Below, in pieces: positions 52,438 to 64,000 of a DNA stretch of 64,000 nt (its first letter is position 1; every line of letters starts with the position of its first letter). This DNA is from Octopus vulgaris (taxonomy: Eukaryota), in assembly GCA_951406725.2 (NCBI GenBank), contig OX597818.1, positions 33,542,001 through 33,606,000 on the forward strand. The letters are read 5' to 3'. The notes beneath the pieces are model-generated. The model was given only the letters and a program-made list of their open reading frames with translations, was not told the origin of the DNA and did no database searches. The translations under genes were made by a program, and so were the position numbers.

Positions 52438-53145
52438 CAGAGGAAATGTATAAGATTCGGTGAATGAATATAGGAATAAAGAAAAAATAACTAGAACATC
52501 GTTAATCAGCTTCAGGATTCATTGACACTACACTCCGGATCAGAACAGACTGCACAGACTGATGTTTAAAGAAATTCCATCCGCGTCTATTTCCTCCTCA
52601 CATCTTAGGCATAGAACACCCAAGACGACATTATTCCTGATGTCCTTTGTTTCGAAGCTGGAAGGTTTTGATTTTAGCCAAATTTAGCCAATAAGTTTTG
52701 TATGTTGTGCGACTACTTAGAAAGTCTGCTAAGAAATAATCTACTCTCTGCCCCTTTACAAACATCACACAGCCGAAGTGAACCGAGAAGTACTGCATAA
52801 AGGGTCCCTGTCATTTTCCCATTGGGATTCTGTTTTTAAAATCAGAATAAAATTGAACAGAATTAAAATGATGTGGGGCGCATTGGCAGTAATCTTATGT
52901 AGGTTTTTGAGTCTTTTTACATCAAGTTGCTCGCCAATCGGAGTTGATCAAGCAGCAACGGACCGTGAAATTTGTTCCCTTATCCTATCGCTTGAAGTAG
53001 CTTTTGGAAGTTTCATTGAAAAGATGTACGCCCCGACCACTTTCTAGTCAAGTGCATTCCATATTAACTCTCGACTGCTCATTCTGACTAGCAAGTAACC
53101 TGACAATCTACAGAGTTATGGGAAACACACAGTCTTTTCTTTGGT

Positions 53146-53265
53146 TATTCTTTTACTTGTTTCAGTGATCTGACAGCGACCATGCTGGAGCACCGCCTTT
53201 AGTCGAACAAATCGACCCCAGGACTTATTCTTTGTAAGCTTAGGCGTAAACACGCCAACATTGGT

Positions 53266-53267
<2 letters not shown>
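53146..53267 (-). mobile_element. SINE family A 3' fragment
   Basis: CATGCTGGAGCACCGCCTTTAGTCGAACAAATCGACCCCAGGACTTATTC. Confidence 0.85.
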
Positions 53268-53547
<280 letters not shown>

Positions 53548-55190
53548 GCGTATACAAAAGTGAGTCTCTTCGCTAAATATCATCATAAATATATGCCACT
53601 GTGTCTTTCTCTGCGCTGCTAACGAGTTTCAAACGAGTTCTATATCAAGGCTGCATCGTCCCCTTGAGTTGAGAAAAATTAAATATATTTTTTTGAGATT
53701 AAATTGTTGTAAAGATTCCAAAGATAACTCAGTAATTATTAATAACCTCTTATCAATGGCAATTATATGTAAAATATAACAATTGTATCTACTCGTTTTT
53801 ACTTTTTTTTTTTGACAAGCAAACGAATGATAAATAGATATCTGAATTTCCATGTTATAAAAAACAAAAATAGACTGTTCGTTTTCGATTTATAATTCCC
53901 TTATTTCTGTGGACTATATTTCTAAATAGAGGATTTGCGCAGAAATTTTCTATAAGGCATAATTTCAATATCAATTCTCTTTACATATATATTTCATTAT
54001 AAATATATGACAAATAGTATATATAAAAGCTGCTGGCTTAAACATTATCAAGATATATGACACATTATATGGAAAAGAAAAAAATTAACAAAGAAATAAG
54101 GCAAGCTTGATATAGAACTCGCATAATTTACAGCAATTATCTAGGAAGGGTTTTCATGTTGGCGAAGTAAACAAGAATAGAGGGAAAGAAATTATTGATG
54201 ACATGATGACAGTAAGAGAGAGAGAGGGGGGGAGAGAGAGATGTTCTGATTGTAATAGGAGCGAAAATATGAAATGTAAAGTAAGTTAAAATGAGACTGA
54301 AGTATATGTAAAAAAAAAAGAGAAAACAAATGTATTTCCTTCATAATTTTTAGCAATTTTCTGATTCCAATCTTTCGAGATTGTGTCGAAAATGATTCAG
54401 CAAAACAAAATTTTATCTACGGAAGGGTAAAGAATACATAATGAGTAAAAAATATCGGTTAAGTTAGAAAACCTTTATGATATACAAGAAAGGAAAGAGA
54501 ATAAATGAAATACAGAAAGTAGATAGACGGAAATGAATGGAAAATAGGATGATGTGAATGGAGAATCAGAAGATAATAAAGAGATAACCAAGTAGATAGA
54601 GAGATAGACTGAAATATATTATATTTTCGAGATTCATAGAGACAACGAAATAACTTCATCATTATATATGTCAGTTCGGGTCGGAATTCCACTGGAAATA
54701 CATTCCATGCTATATTCTAGTATTATATATCACTAACAAACAAGTTATTATTTAAAAATAAAATGATAAATATACTAGAGCAGTGTTAAATATTGATAAT
54801 TTATTTGAGTAGATTAAAGAAAAAATGCATCAATATGGCACATAACTTTTCTTGGTTTGTTATTTAAAAAAATATTGTTCGACTTCTAGATCACATTGAT
54901 CTAGTTTTCCTTTAAAATAATGCAATTGTAAATCGTATTTAAGACGTTAACAAATGAGAAGCTGATTCTGCTACGCAGAGGCGTTTCGATCTACCAGCTA
55001 CTACCTTTACAGTATTGATTGCTTTGATGTAAGCATAGAACTAAGGAATTATATTTCTGTAGTCCTTGAAATCAGCAGTGTCATTGGTAGGGGTAACTAA
55101 TTGACAGTCAGGCTGATGCATATCATAGACACACAATTTTCCTATTTGAGTCAAATTTCATTCGCCTATTAATACATATATGGAACCACT

Positions 55191-56071
55191 AACTAAGGTA
55201 CCCGGTAATTCTCGGTAGCGTGGATATTCCCAGTACCCATTACAATGCCTAATTTCTCTCAGCTGAAAAATGAAATCAAGACATAGGACAGATAATGGAA
55301 GGCATAAGCAAATTCATTCATGAAACAATAATACAAATAAATACCTGTGGAATGAATCGGAAATGGAAATCGTTTTGTCAGATGAATGGAAATCTGCAAA
55401 TATATAATCAATGGAAACATCAAGAAGGGAATTGTAAAGGAGTGCTATGAAAAAAAAAAGAGCATAAAAGTTTGAAAAGTAAGCAAAAAATTATTTAGAG
55501 AATAGGTACTTAATTTGACGACTGTGTTTCATAGGTATAGTTCTACTGATTGTGAGAATCAAATATCGATTGCAACGGTTCGAACCGACAATTCTAAGTG
55601 CAAGTGTTAGGAAAACACATGTCAAAGCAACCTGAGAATGCTGAAACAATTGATGAACATTTTAACCCCACAATAAATTACGCCAAATGTTGTTAATCAG
55701 TTAATCAAAAACCATCTTACGCCTTGCTTAAGTGGCTTAGGTAAAATTTTATTTGTATCAACCCACCCTTAGCGCATATTCCATCTGTGTGTGTATAGAA
55801 TTTGAAGAAAATCGGTTGAAAACTTTAAAAGTTATGGCAGAAAATAACATTCATATGAGAATTTGCATAGGTTTTTGAAAAATTGATACTGGTTAAAAAT
55901 TATCGATTTTTATTTATTCATTTATTTATTTATTTATTTATTTTGCAATTCCAAGTGTGTAAGTTTCATGAAGATCGGTTGGATAATCAAGGATGAGTTA
56001 AAGTAACAAGTTCAAACAGACACGCACACACAGCCACAAACAGATAGACATTGTTATTTATGTATATAGAT
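55191..56071 (+). mobile_element. Non-autonomous Helitron/Helentron-like element
   Basis: 5' AACTAAGGTACCCGGTAATTCTCGG. Two internal AA(G/T)TT..TGAAGA..TCGGTTG-like motifs. 3' ACAGAC-type microsatellite followed by TTTATGTATATAGAT, as in Lep1-like elements. Confidence 0.6.
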
Positions 56072-56347
56072 TTCGAAATACAAAGCAATACATATGAGCT
56101 GTTTATATAAAAATTATTGTCTAAGAAGACTTGCTTTAATGTTTATTTATTTAAGGATTATTAGCCTCATTAATAGAGATAGATATTTCAACGTTTGAAT
56201 TGAACGCTACATTTCGACCGGCGTAACCTCATACCGTTCCCAGCTGTCTCTCTCTGTCTCTCTCTTTCTTTCTCTCTCTCTCTCTCCACACACGCGCACA
56301 CACAGACTCACACACATACATACACAGACACACACACACACACACAT

Positions 56348-56411
<64 letters not shown>

Positions 56412-56417
56412 TGTAGC

Positions 56418-56700
56418 AATAGTGAGTAGGCATCCGTCGGTCTCAAGAGACCATGGATCTGCGACCGAAGAAGTCGTGTCAGCTGCTGATGGTGGTGCAG
56501 CGTCTATTGTGGCTGTATAGGCATACACGGGAGTGGCAGTCACGCATACAGTGACTGCGTTTGAAGGAGCTCTCCTCCGGCGCTACTGGTTTTTCCTTCC
56601 GTCGAGTGCGTTTTTCTTTGGTGGCGAGTTCCTGTTTTTCTTCTGATCTCTTCATCCCATTTTCGCAGTATTTGTCACCAGTGTGGACGTTCATTTGCAA
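56418..56700 (-). mobile_element. RTE/BovB-type LINE 3' end
   Basis: EKRTRRKEK...FKRSHCMRDCHSRVCLYSHNRRC (C-terminal zinc-finger-like motif), then tail CCATGGTCTCTTGAGACCGACGGATGCCTACT. Confidence 0.85.
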
Positions 56701-57124
56701 ACTCCTCCCATCTCAGAGCGACCGGATCAAGCGACTTCATGAATGTGAAAATATATATGGCATGCGTGTGTCTGCATGTATGTGTGTTTGTACCCATTGT
56801 ATACACAAAACATAAAAATCTTTTTTTCTGCGATATAGGCGTTCAGTCAAATCGCTTATTCCGTTGCCACTTATTGTTTACATACACCAAGCTCGCACAT
56901 GATTCGACCCTGCCTTAAGCTTATTTCAACATAACAGCTACATGCAAATCTTCCTTCCTCTTATCTGACGATTTTGCAAAGCTTGGCACAATGTATGATA
57001 TTTAAAGAGAATCTGTAACAAAGAGTTTTTTTTACTCATGATTATATTATATATTTGATTTTCATCTCTGGTCTACTCTGTTGGTTTTTTTCTCTACAGC
57101 TATATTATTTCCTTTTCCTCTTCA

Positions 57125-57127
<3 letters not shown>

Positions 57128-57182
<55 letters not shown>

Positions 57183-57470
57183 TATGTATATGTATATATA
57201 CATATATGTATATATATGTATGTATTTATATATATATATACATATATGTATATATGTATATATATACATATATGTATATATATACATATATATACATATA
57301 TGTATATATATACATATATGTATATATATGTATGTATTTATATGCATATATACATACTTACATACATGTATGCATACATATGTGCGTCTGTGTGTGCATG
57401 TAGGCATATGCATTGATATGTATGTATGTATGCATATATGAATGTATGCATGCTTGTATATACGTATGTA
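57128..57470. repeat. (TA)/(TATG)/(TACA) compound microsatellite
   Basis: Seen directly. Confidence 0.95.
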
Positions 57471-57841
57471 TTTATACTCCACCACAATTTCTAATTCTTT
57501 CTCTGTTAGTTGGGATATTGGCATACTTCCATTGTTTGTTTGCCGTCACCTCTTCCAGATTTGGCGAGAAGCACTTAATTAAAGATTACTGCCAAGTCGC
57601 CCCTATCGTTATGAACATTCTCGAACGTTCCATGGTTACAAGGGGAAGATGCCATTCGAGCACCATTGCCAAGATATACGAAACTGAGTCTCAGTATATA
57701 TATAAGTATACGTTCATTTCTCTCAGAGTTTACTGATAATTGCAGGAAAAATTTCCCGAGATTTATTAAATGCTTCCATTAAATTGCACCTACATCTGTA
57801 CCATTTAATCAAACATGATTGACAAGTATAGATTGACATGC

Positions 57842-57889
<48 letters not shown>

Positions 57890-58143
57890 ATGTATGTATA
57901 TATGTATATATACATACACACATACACACATAAATACATCCATATATACACATACATATTCATATACATTCATATATTTACGTACTTTATGTAGTGTACA
58001 TGTGTGTGCATGTGTGCGTGTTTGTGTGTGTATATATATATATATATACATGCACACACACACACACACATATGTGACCGCGTGTGTACCGTTGGCGATT
58101 TTTTTCCTCTGTCTTCCCTTCTCTGGATCTTTCCTTCTCCTAT

Positions 58144-58178
58144 GTTTCCGACGAAGAGCTCCGCTCGAAACGTTAAAC
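58144..58178 (+). ncRNA. Minimal type I hammerhead-like motif (U4C core)
   Basis: GTTT-CCGACGA-a-GAGC(tcc)GCTC-GAAA-CG-TT-AAAC. All stems pair. Confidence 0.65.
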
Positions 58179-58274
58179 CCTCCTTCTTCCCTTCTTCCCT
58201 GAGCGTCCAATAATACTATACCTGTTCCACGTCCTCGCGTTGTAGTGTTTTTCTTTGTGCTTTCATGTTTGGAT

Positions 58275-58316
<42 letters not shown>

Positions 58317-58459
58317 AAGATTTTATAGTTTGCTTGAAGCATTCTATATGGAATATACTGTTAAAGGATTTAAAATGCCAAACACAATGCAAATAGATTT
58401 TAAGATGAAGTAACGTAAACTAAAATGAAGTTACCTGGTAATCTTTGGTCGTATATATA

Positions 58460-58502
58460 TATCCAATATTTCGGGACATACAAGTCCCTTCTTCAGGAGA
58501 TA
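58460..58502 (-). ncRNA. Minimal type I hammerhead ribozyme
   Basis: Minus strand: TATCTC-CTGAAGA-a-GGGAC(ttgtat)GTCCC-GAAA-TA-TT-GGATA. Intact core, 5-bp stem II, AATATT palindrome. Confidence 0.7.
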
Positions 58503-59229
58503 AAATAATTCTGTGATTATATATACTTGTGTCTGTGTGTGCGTGTGAATGAAGACCAAACGGAAATACTGTTTCAATGCTAATTGAGATATAATATTCG
58601 GCTGGACGCAGACAATTTCCGTAAATTGTTAGTCTGAGTCTGAAGTGAAAAATAAGGCAAATTAATCTATTAGGAAGATTTTAACAATGTAAATAACTTT
58701 TGTCATCTACTTGCTCTCTTTCCGATCGTCACTCTCCAGCACCTCTTCCTCGCCCCGATCTCTCGTATTTTTCATTCCTTATCTTTCCTTCTATTTTTTC
58801 ATTAACTTATAGACGTTTTTTCATTTTATTTAACTTTCGTTAATTTTTGGAGGTAATTGTATTTATTTCCAAACGTATGGTGTTTCTACTCCGAATGAGC
58901 CTTCCATAGATCTTATCATTTTGACTTCTATTGCTTCCGATATATTTCCTAATATTCCATTTTTGCATGTGCACTCGCGTACGTGCATATATGCATACAT
59001 ACATACAAATATCCACTGACATACATACGACTGTATGTATGTGCATACACACACACACACACACATACACACACACACACACATATGATAATTATAATCC
59101 CATATATATCGAAAAGATTTTCATCAACCGTTTTGATGATTAAACCAGTGAAATTTCGGATATAATAATCACTTTTGAAAATTAAGATATCCCCGCATTG
59201 ACTTTGTATACACACACACACACACACAC

Positions 59230-59278
<49 letters not shown>

Positions 59279-60099
59279 CTAGCAATAATGGTGCTGATTA
59301 GTGCCCCAGTTCATTTTACTGACGTATATATTTCTGCCTTTAGGTTGTAAAATTGCAAATTAGCCACCATTATTATTTATAATTTTCACACTACCAATTA
59401 TGAAATCAGCGTATGATTTCAACGGAAATCTTATAAGCTGAGAAGGCGAGATTGAGTTTAACTCTAGGTATGGTGAAAACTACTGATAAGCATTAAAATA
59501 GGTTAAGCATCAGAATGCAGAATCATCGGTGATCTACCTCTAACTGAAGAATAGGGCCTTGTCCACCTTGTCAGCTAATTAAGATAGTGTTTTTGTGGCT
59601 ATTTAGTTGTTTTTGACTCTTATTTATAGCAATACTTTAGTGACCTATATTTTTCAGCCTTTTGGTTGTAAAATTGTGAATCAACCATCCATATTATTTA
59701 TACATACATATACATACATGCATATATACATATATATGTATATATAAGTATGTATATATACACACACATATATATGTATATACACACACTTATATATATA
59801 TATATGGATGTGTCTCTTCTATTTTTTATTATTATTATAAATCTTCCACTGAGGAGGGAACCAGTTTCCAAATAAGATATAAGGCTCTATCTTTGGGATC
59901 TATGTAACAGAGACAAATTCACATTTGGAACTTAAGAAAATTCTTGCATATTTTTACCATTCCACTCACAGATTGGACTTAAAATGTACGAACCAGCCGG
60001 TCAGTTTCTTTTACTGAATATCCCAGTTTATCCAAATTCTCCTTTAAGCATTTAGTAACGAAGCCTAGTATGTATGTATGTATGTATGATGTTTGTATG

Positions 60100-60149
<50 letters not shown>

Positions 60150-60264
60150 CACAATATATATAGGTCACAATGTATGGATTCAACTAATCCGTTAGTACTC
60201 ATAAAGAAAATTCTTTTGTGTGTCGTTCTACAATACATAAAACCATAAAGTGTGTATTAAGTTT

Positions 60265-60329
<65 letters not shown>

Positions 60330-60455
60330 TGTGTGAGAGAGAGAGGGAGAAAGAGAGAGTTAGGTAGCTCGATACATAGAGACAGACAAGCAGACGGACA
60401 CAAGAACAAGCGAGCAGAGAGACAGATAGACAAACAGACAAACAAACAGACAGAC

Positions 60456-60506
<51 letters not shown>

Positions 60507-61687
60507 GCAGTAGACAAGCATACATATATATATAGTTATGTGACTGTTTATTTGTATATATAATGTGTGTGTGTGTGCGTGCGAGAGAGAGAGAGAGAGA
60601 GTTTTATGTATATATACTCACACATGCACACACGCATATGTTATATACATATATGTATATGTGTCTGCCCGCGCGTGACTGCGCTATTTGAATTTATGTA
60701 CATTTATGTTTAACTATTTCACTCACTATTAATTCTGACGTTATTTTTTTCCAACTCTTTATTCCAAATCAATAAATTGCTTTTGTAATATTTCTTTTTT
60801 CGTGATTCTTTGAACAAATTCATATTAGCAATGAGTGTTTCTGTGAATAAAAACTTCATCAATCTACTAGCGACTTTTCTATTTTTGCAAGAATTAATTC
60901 GCTTAAGATTTTTAGATTAAATTCCTTATGTTAGTATTTTCAGACTATATTTCTGCAGTTCATAAAATTCCTAGTTTTTAGTAAAATATTCCTGCGATAA
61001 TTATCCCCGTTTTATTTGTAGTACATAAAAACTGTGGTCGAATAAATTATTTCGGTGCTCGAAATTGTACTTTTGTTATAGTTTAGAATCATATTGAATA
61101 AAATGTTTATTACTAAATATATATCCATAATATATATACTTCAGGTTTCGTTGTGGAAAGACGTGGTTTTTGAGCTCCTGAAAAAATTAAGAGAGTTACC
61201 CCTAAATCGAATAAAAATCTACTAAAACTGACAAAAAACGTAGTACTTGTTATTTCATAACGATTTACCATAATATATTGGTAAAAAAATTTAATATATT
61301 ACATTAAAAGTTCAATATTTTACATTAAAGTAAGTAACGCAAGCCAGAGTTATCCTCGAAGAAAGCACGTACTTTCATTTGCGGTCGCGTGTAACACGAT
61401 TTTTCTTTTAAACCATACTTCTTCGTACAATAACAAGGATTGGAATTCTACTTCTTGGCAATGAGTATCCTACTCATTTTGTTTATTTTGTTTTATGTTT
61501 GGTAATACCGGATGAAAATTTGAGTTTAGACGTATTGTTTATTTACATTTTATTTGAAAATTTACGGCACCTTTTTATTTGAAAATTTACGAAACCTTTA
61601 TTTACAAAACCTTTTTTATTTTCATTTTATCACTATCGTTTTTCCTTTAACTTTTTCTTACAACGACCGTTTCGTTTACATTCTATT

Positions 61688-62190
61688 GTGTTCCACGGGG
61701 CACTGTCTTGGGACCACTGCTTTTCATAGTGGCCTTCACAGATATGCAGACGATACGAAGGCGGGAAAGGTATGCAGTAATACACATCTGGAAGATCTTG
61801 GAAGGTATTGTGCCAAATTTTGGCACTGAAAGCTACACCAATGCCAGAACGGGTCGACACTGTACAGTATCAAAGATCCCAGCAATACCATCGCACTTCA
61901 GGACTAGTTACTGCAACAGCTTAGGTTTCAGGTGCCCCCAGCTTTTTAATATTCTCCCAAAGAACCTGAGGGACCTACACAGAGTGGACGTAGGTGTTAT
62001 CAAATCAATACTGAACCCTTGCTGTCGAGAGTCCCAGATGAACATACCTCGCGGCAAGAGGTGCAAATGAGGGTAGCGACATCAAATTCCCTTATTCACC
62101 AACTGCCACATATTACATATTAGAGGAGGCTCTCAATAATAACAGTATAGCAAAACAGCAGTGCCCCAGTATGGCCGCAGCTCTGAAAAA
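61688..62190 (+). mobile_element. CR1-group LINE 3' fragment with a large internal deletion
   Basis: GTVLGPLLFIVA..YAD is joined directly to RRERYAVIHIWKILEGIVPNFG...YCNSLGFRCPQLFNILPKNLRDL. Ends GTGCCCCAGTATGGCCGCAG. Confidence 0.85.
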
Positions 62191-63142
62191 GATGATATAT
62201 TTTAGTGATATGTTCTATTGACCTCAGACTGTTCGATATCTTATGAGTAAATGTACTTCATTACGCATCTTATCTCCCAATGTAATTCAATGAAAGACTC
62301 TCCTGCGTTCTCCTACTCACACAAATTGCTCACATGACGCAACAATTTAACTCTAAAAATATTTTTGCGTTCTTTTTTCTCTGAAACGAATACGAATTAT
62401 TACAGTATTTTACAAATGTAAAATTTACAATTTATATATACAGAAACATGGCGTATTACATTATTTTACGTATATTTTTAACCTTTAGTATCAAATTATA
62501 TAATAGTATGGCTATTTAAAGATTAATATCAGTGCGGCTATTATTTTATATTCACTTGTTAACAGTAACACTTATTAGTGCTTTTGACTGCATATTGTAT
62601 AAAAATTACATCGCAGCCACGAATGATTATTTTTTTCTTTCGGGTTTTGACTTTTCTCTATTAGTAAATATTTGTCTTTCATAAAATACTCATCTGAAGA
62701 GGTAAATGGTATCGTTGTCATGTGCTTAAACTTAATAAACGCACGACAGAATCAATCGTCTGTTTCTTTTGAAATGACAGCAAGCGGAAAATTCTCATGG
62801 ACGTAGAGTACTCGAGAGACTCGAGCAAAGTCTGACTGAAGTTTGTTGACATTTCAATTCGTTTCGACTTTAACCGTTTAACCTTTTCACAAATAATAAA
62901 ATTTGGTCAATAGAGAAGAATTATTTGGGATCAGTAAACGATTTTAAGTCCTTAACGTTTTAGGGAAAAAAATTGCTTGTCTGTGATTTCTTTTGATATA
63001 ACTCTAATTTAATACAAATTATCAACAAACCAACAAATAAAATGTATATGATAGGAGTAAGATACCATAGACTGAAATTTGAAATCAGTAATTTAAATGA
63101 GGTTAACAAACCACGTACAAACACACGCGTGTGTGTGTGTGC

Positions 63143-63190
<48 letters not shown>

Positions 63191-63224
63191 TTTATATATA
63201 CTTATATATGAATGCATGTATATA

Positions 63225-63268
<44 letters not shown>

Positions 63269-63554
63269 TAATAATAAAGGGTGAAATTAATTAATTAGGG
63301 ATAATTATCAATTACACCAAGTAGATTTCGGCATGTAAAAGCCCCATTCGAGGAAACTTTAAGTAATACTAAGTAATTAAGGGTTTAGCAACGAATTGCC
63401 CAACACACCGAATTTAGAAATAGCAGTCAAAGAGATATAGCTATTCCTTCTACTAAAAGGGGGATCTCAGTAAAAACACAGCACTTGAAAGGCAAACAGA
63501 CAGGTAAGAAAGAAAGAATGAAATGACGGCAATCCATCATGCAATTTTAAGTTA

Positions 63555-63646
63555 CCTACGGACGTACGTTTCGAGATCAAGTTTTAGGATAGCATAAGAA
63601 TTAGAAAATTCTACTTTACCCAAACTTCTTCTCTCGTCGGCGCAGG
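63555..63646 (-). ncRNA. Type I hammerhead-like motif, mirror copy
   Basis: Reverse complement of 63782-63873. Confidence 0.75.
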
Positions 63647-63781
63647 ATACCACAATTATGAATAATTGTATATTAAATTTTGAGATACTAGAATGCATCA
63701 TCTCAACTCAGTGATGATGCATTGAGATGATGCATTCTAGTATCTCAAAATTTAATATACAATTATTCATAATTGTGGTAT

Positions 63782-63873
63782 CCTGCGCCGACGAGAGAAG
63801 AAGTTTGGGTAAAGTAGAATTTTCTAATTCTTATGCTATCCTAAAACTTGATCTCGAAACGTACGTCCGTAGG
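63782..63873 (+). ncRNA. Type I hammerhead-like motif with long stem II (U4C core)
   Basis: CCTGCG-CCGACGA-GAGA..AAGTTTGGG...CCTAAAACTT..TCTC-GAAA-CGTACG-TC-CGTAGG. Six-bp stem I, palindromic stem III, GUC triplet. Confidence 0.75.
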
Positions 63874-64000
63874 TAACTTAAAATTGCATGATGGATTGCC
63901 GTCATTTCATTCTTTCTTTCTTACCTGTCTGTTTGCCTTTCAAGTGCTGTGTTTTTACTGAGATCCCCCTTTTAGTAGAAGGAATAGCTATATCTCTTTG

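Larger units (their letters stand above)
63428..64000. repeat. Perfect inverted repeat, arms at least 279 bp, 15-nt spacer, running off the window
   Basis: 63428-63706 is the reverse complement of 63722-64000; spacer CTCAGTGATGATGCA. Confidence 0.95.

Noticed and set aside
59849-59875. CTGAGGA followed by a GGAA/TTCC hairpin
   Set aside because: GAAA and stems I and III are absent.
62694-62780. CTGAAGA with a downstream GAAA
   Set aside because: Stems do not pair convincingly and there is no UH site.

Overview
AT-rich, microsatellite-saturated eukaryotic DNA, intergenic or intronic. The SINE and LINE repertoire points to an octopus or other coleoid cephalopod; this is an inference from repeat families I recognise, not a database match. 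I can support no host protein-coding exon. Almost all listed ORFs are microsatellite or SINE read-throughs. The window holds about 25 copies of three tRNA-derived SINE families, called A, B and C here. It also holds a nearly full-length decayed CR1-group LINE plus three 3' fragments, a decayed R4/Dong-type LINE, RTE tails, a decayed Penelope-like element (RT thumb plus GIY-YIG), a mariner deletion derivative, a foldback MITE, a Helitron-like element and a 129-bp tandem array. The most striking unannotated signal is about 11 type I hammerhead-ribozyme-like motifs with Penelope-style palindromic stem III, all in short non-coding modules. One module is inserted with a target-site duplication inside a LINE. 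Two lie between direct repeats, like retrozymes. One pair is mirrored in a perfect inverted repeat of at least 279 bp per arm at the window end. SINE-A visibly shares its 3' tail with the CR1-group LINE.
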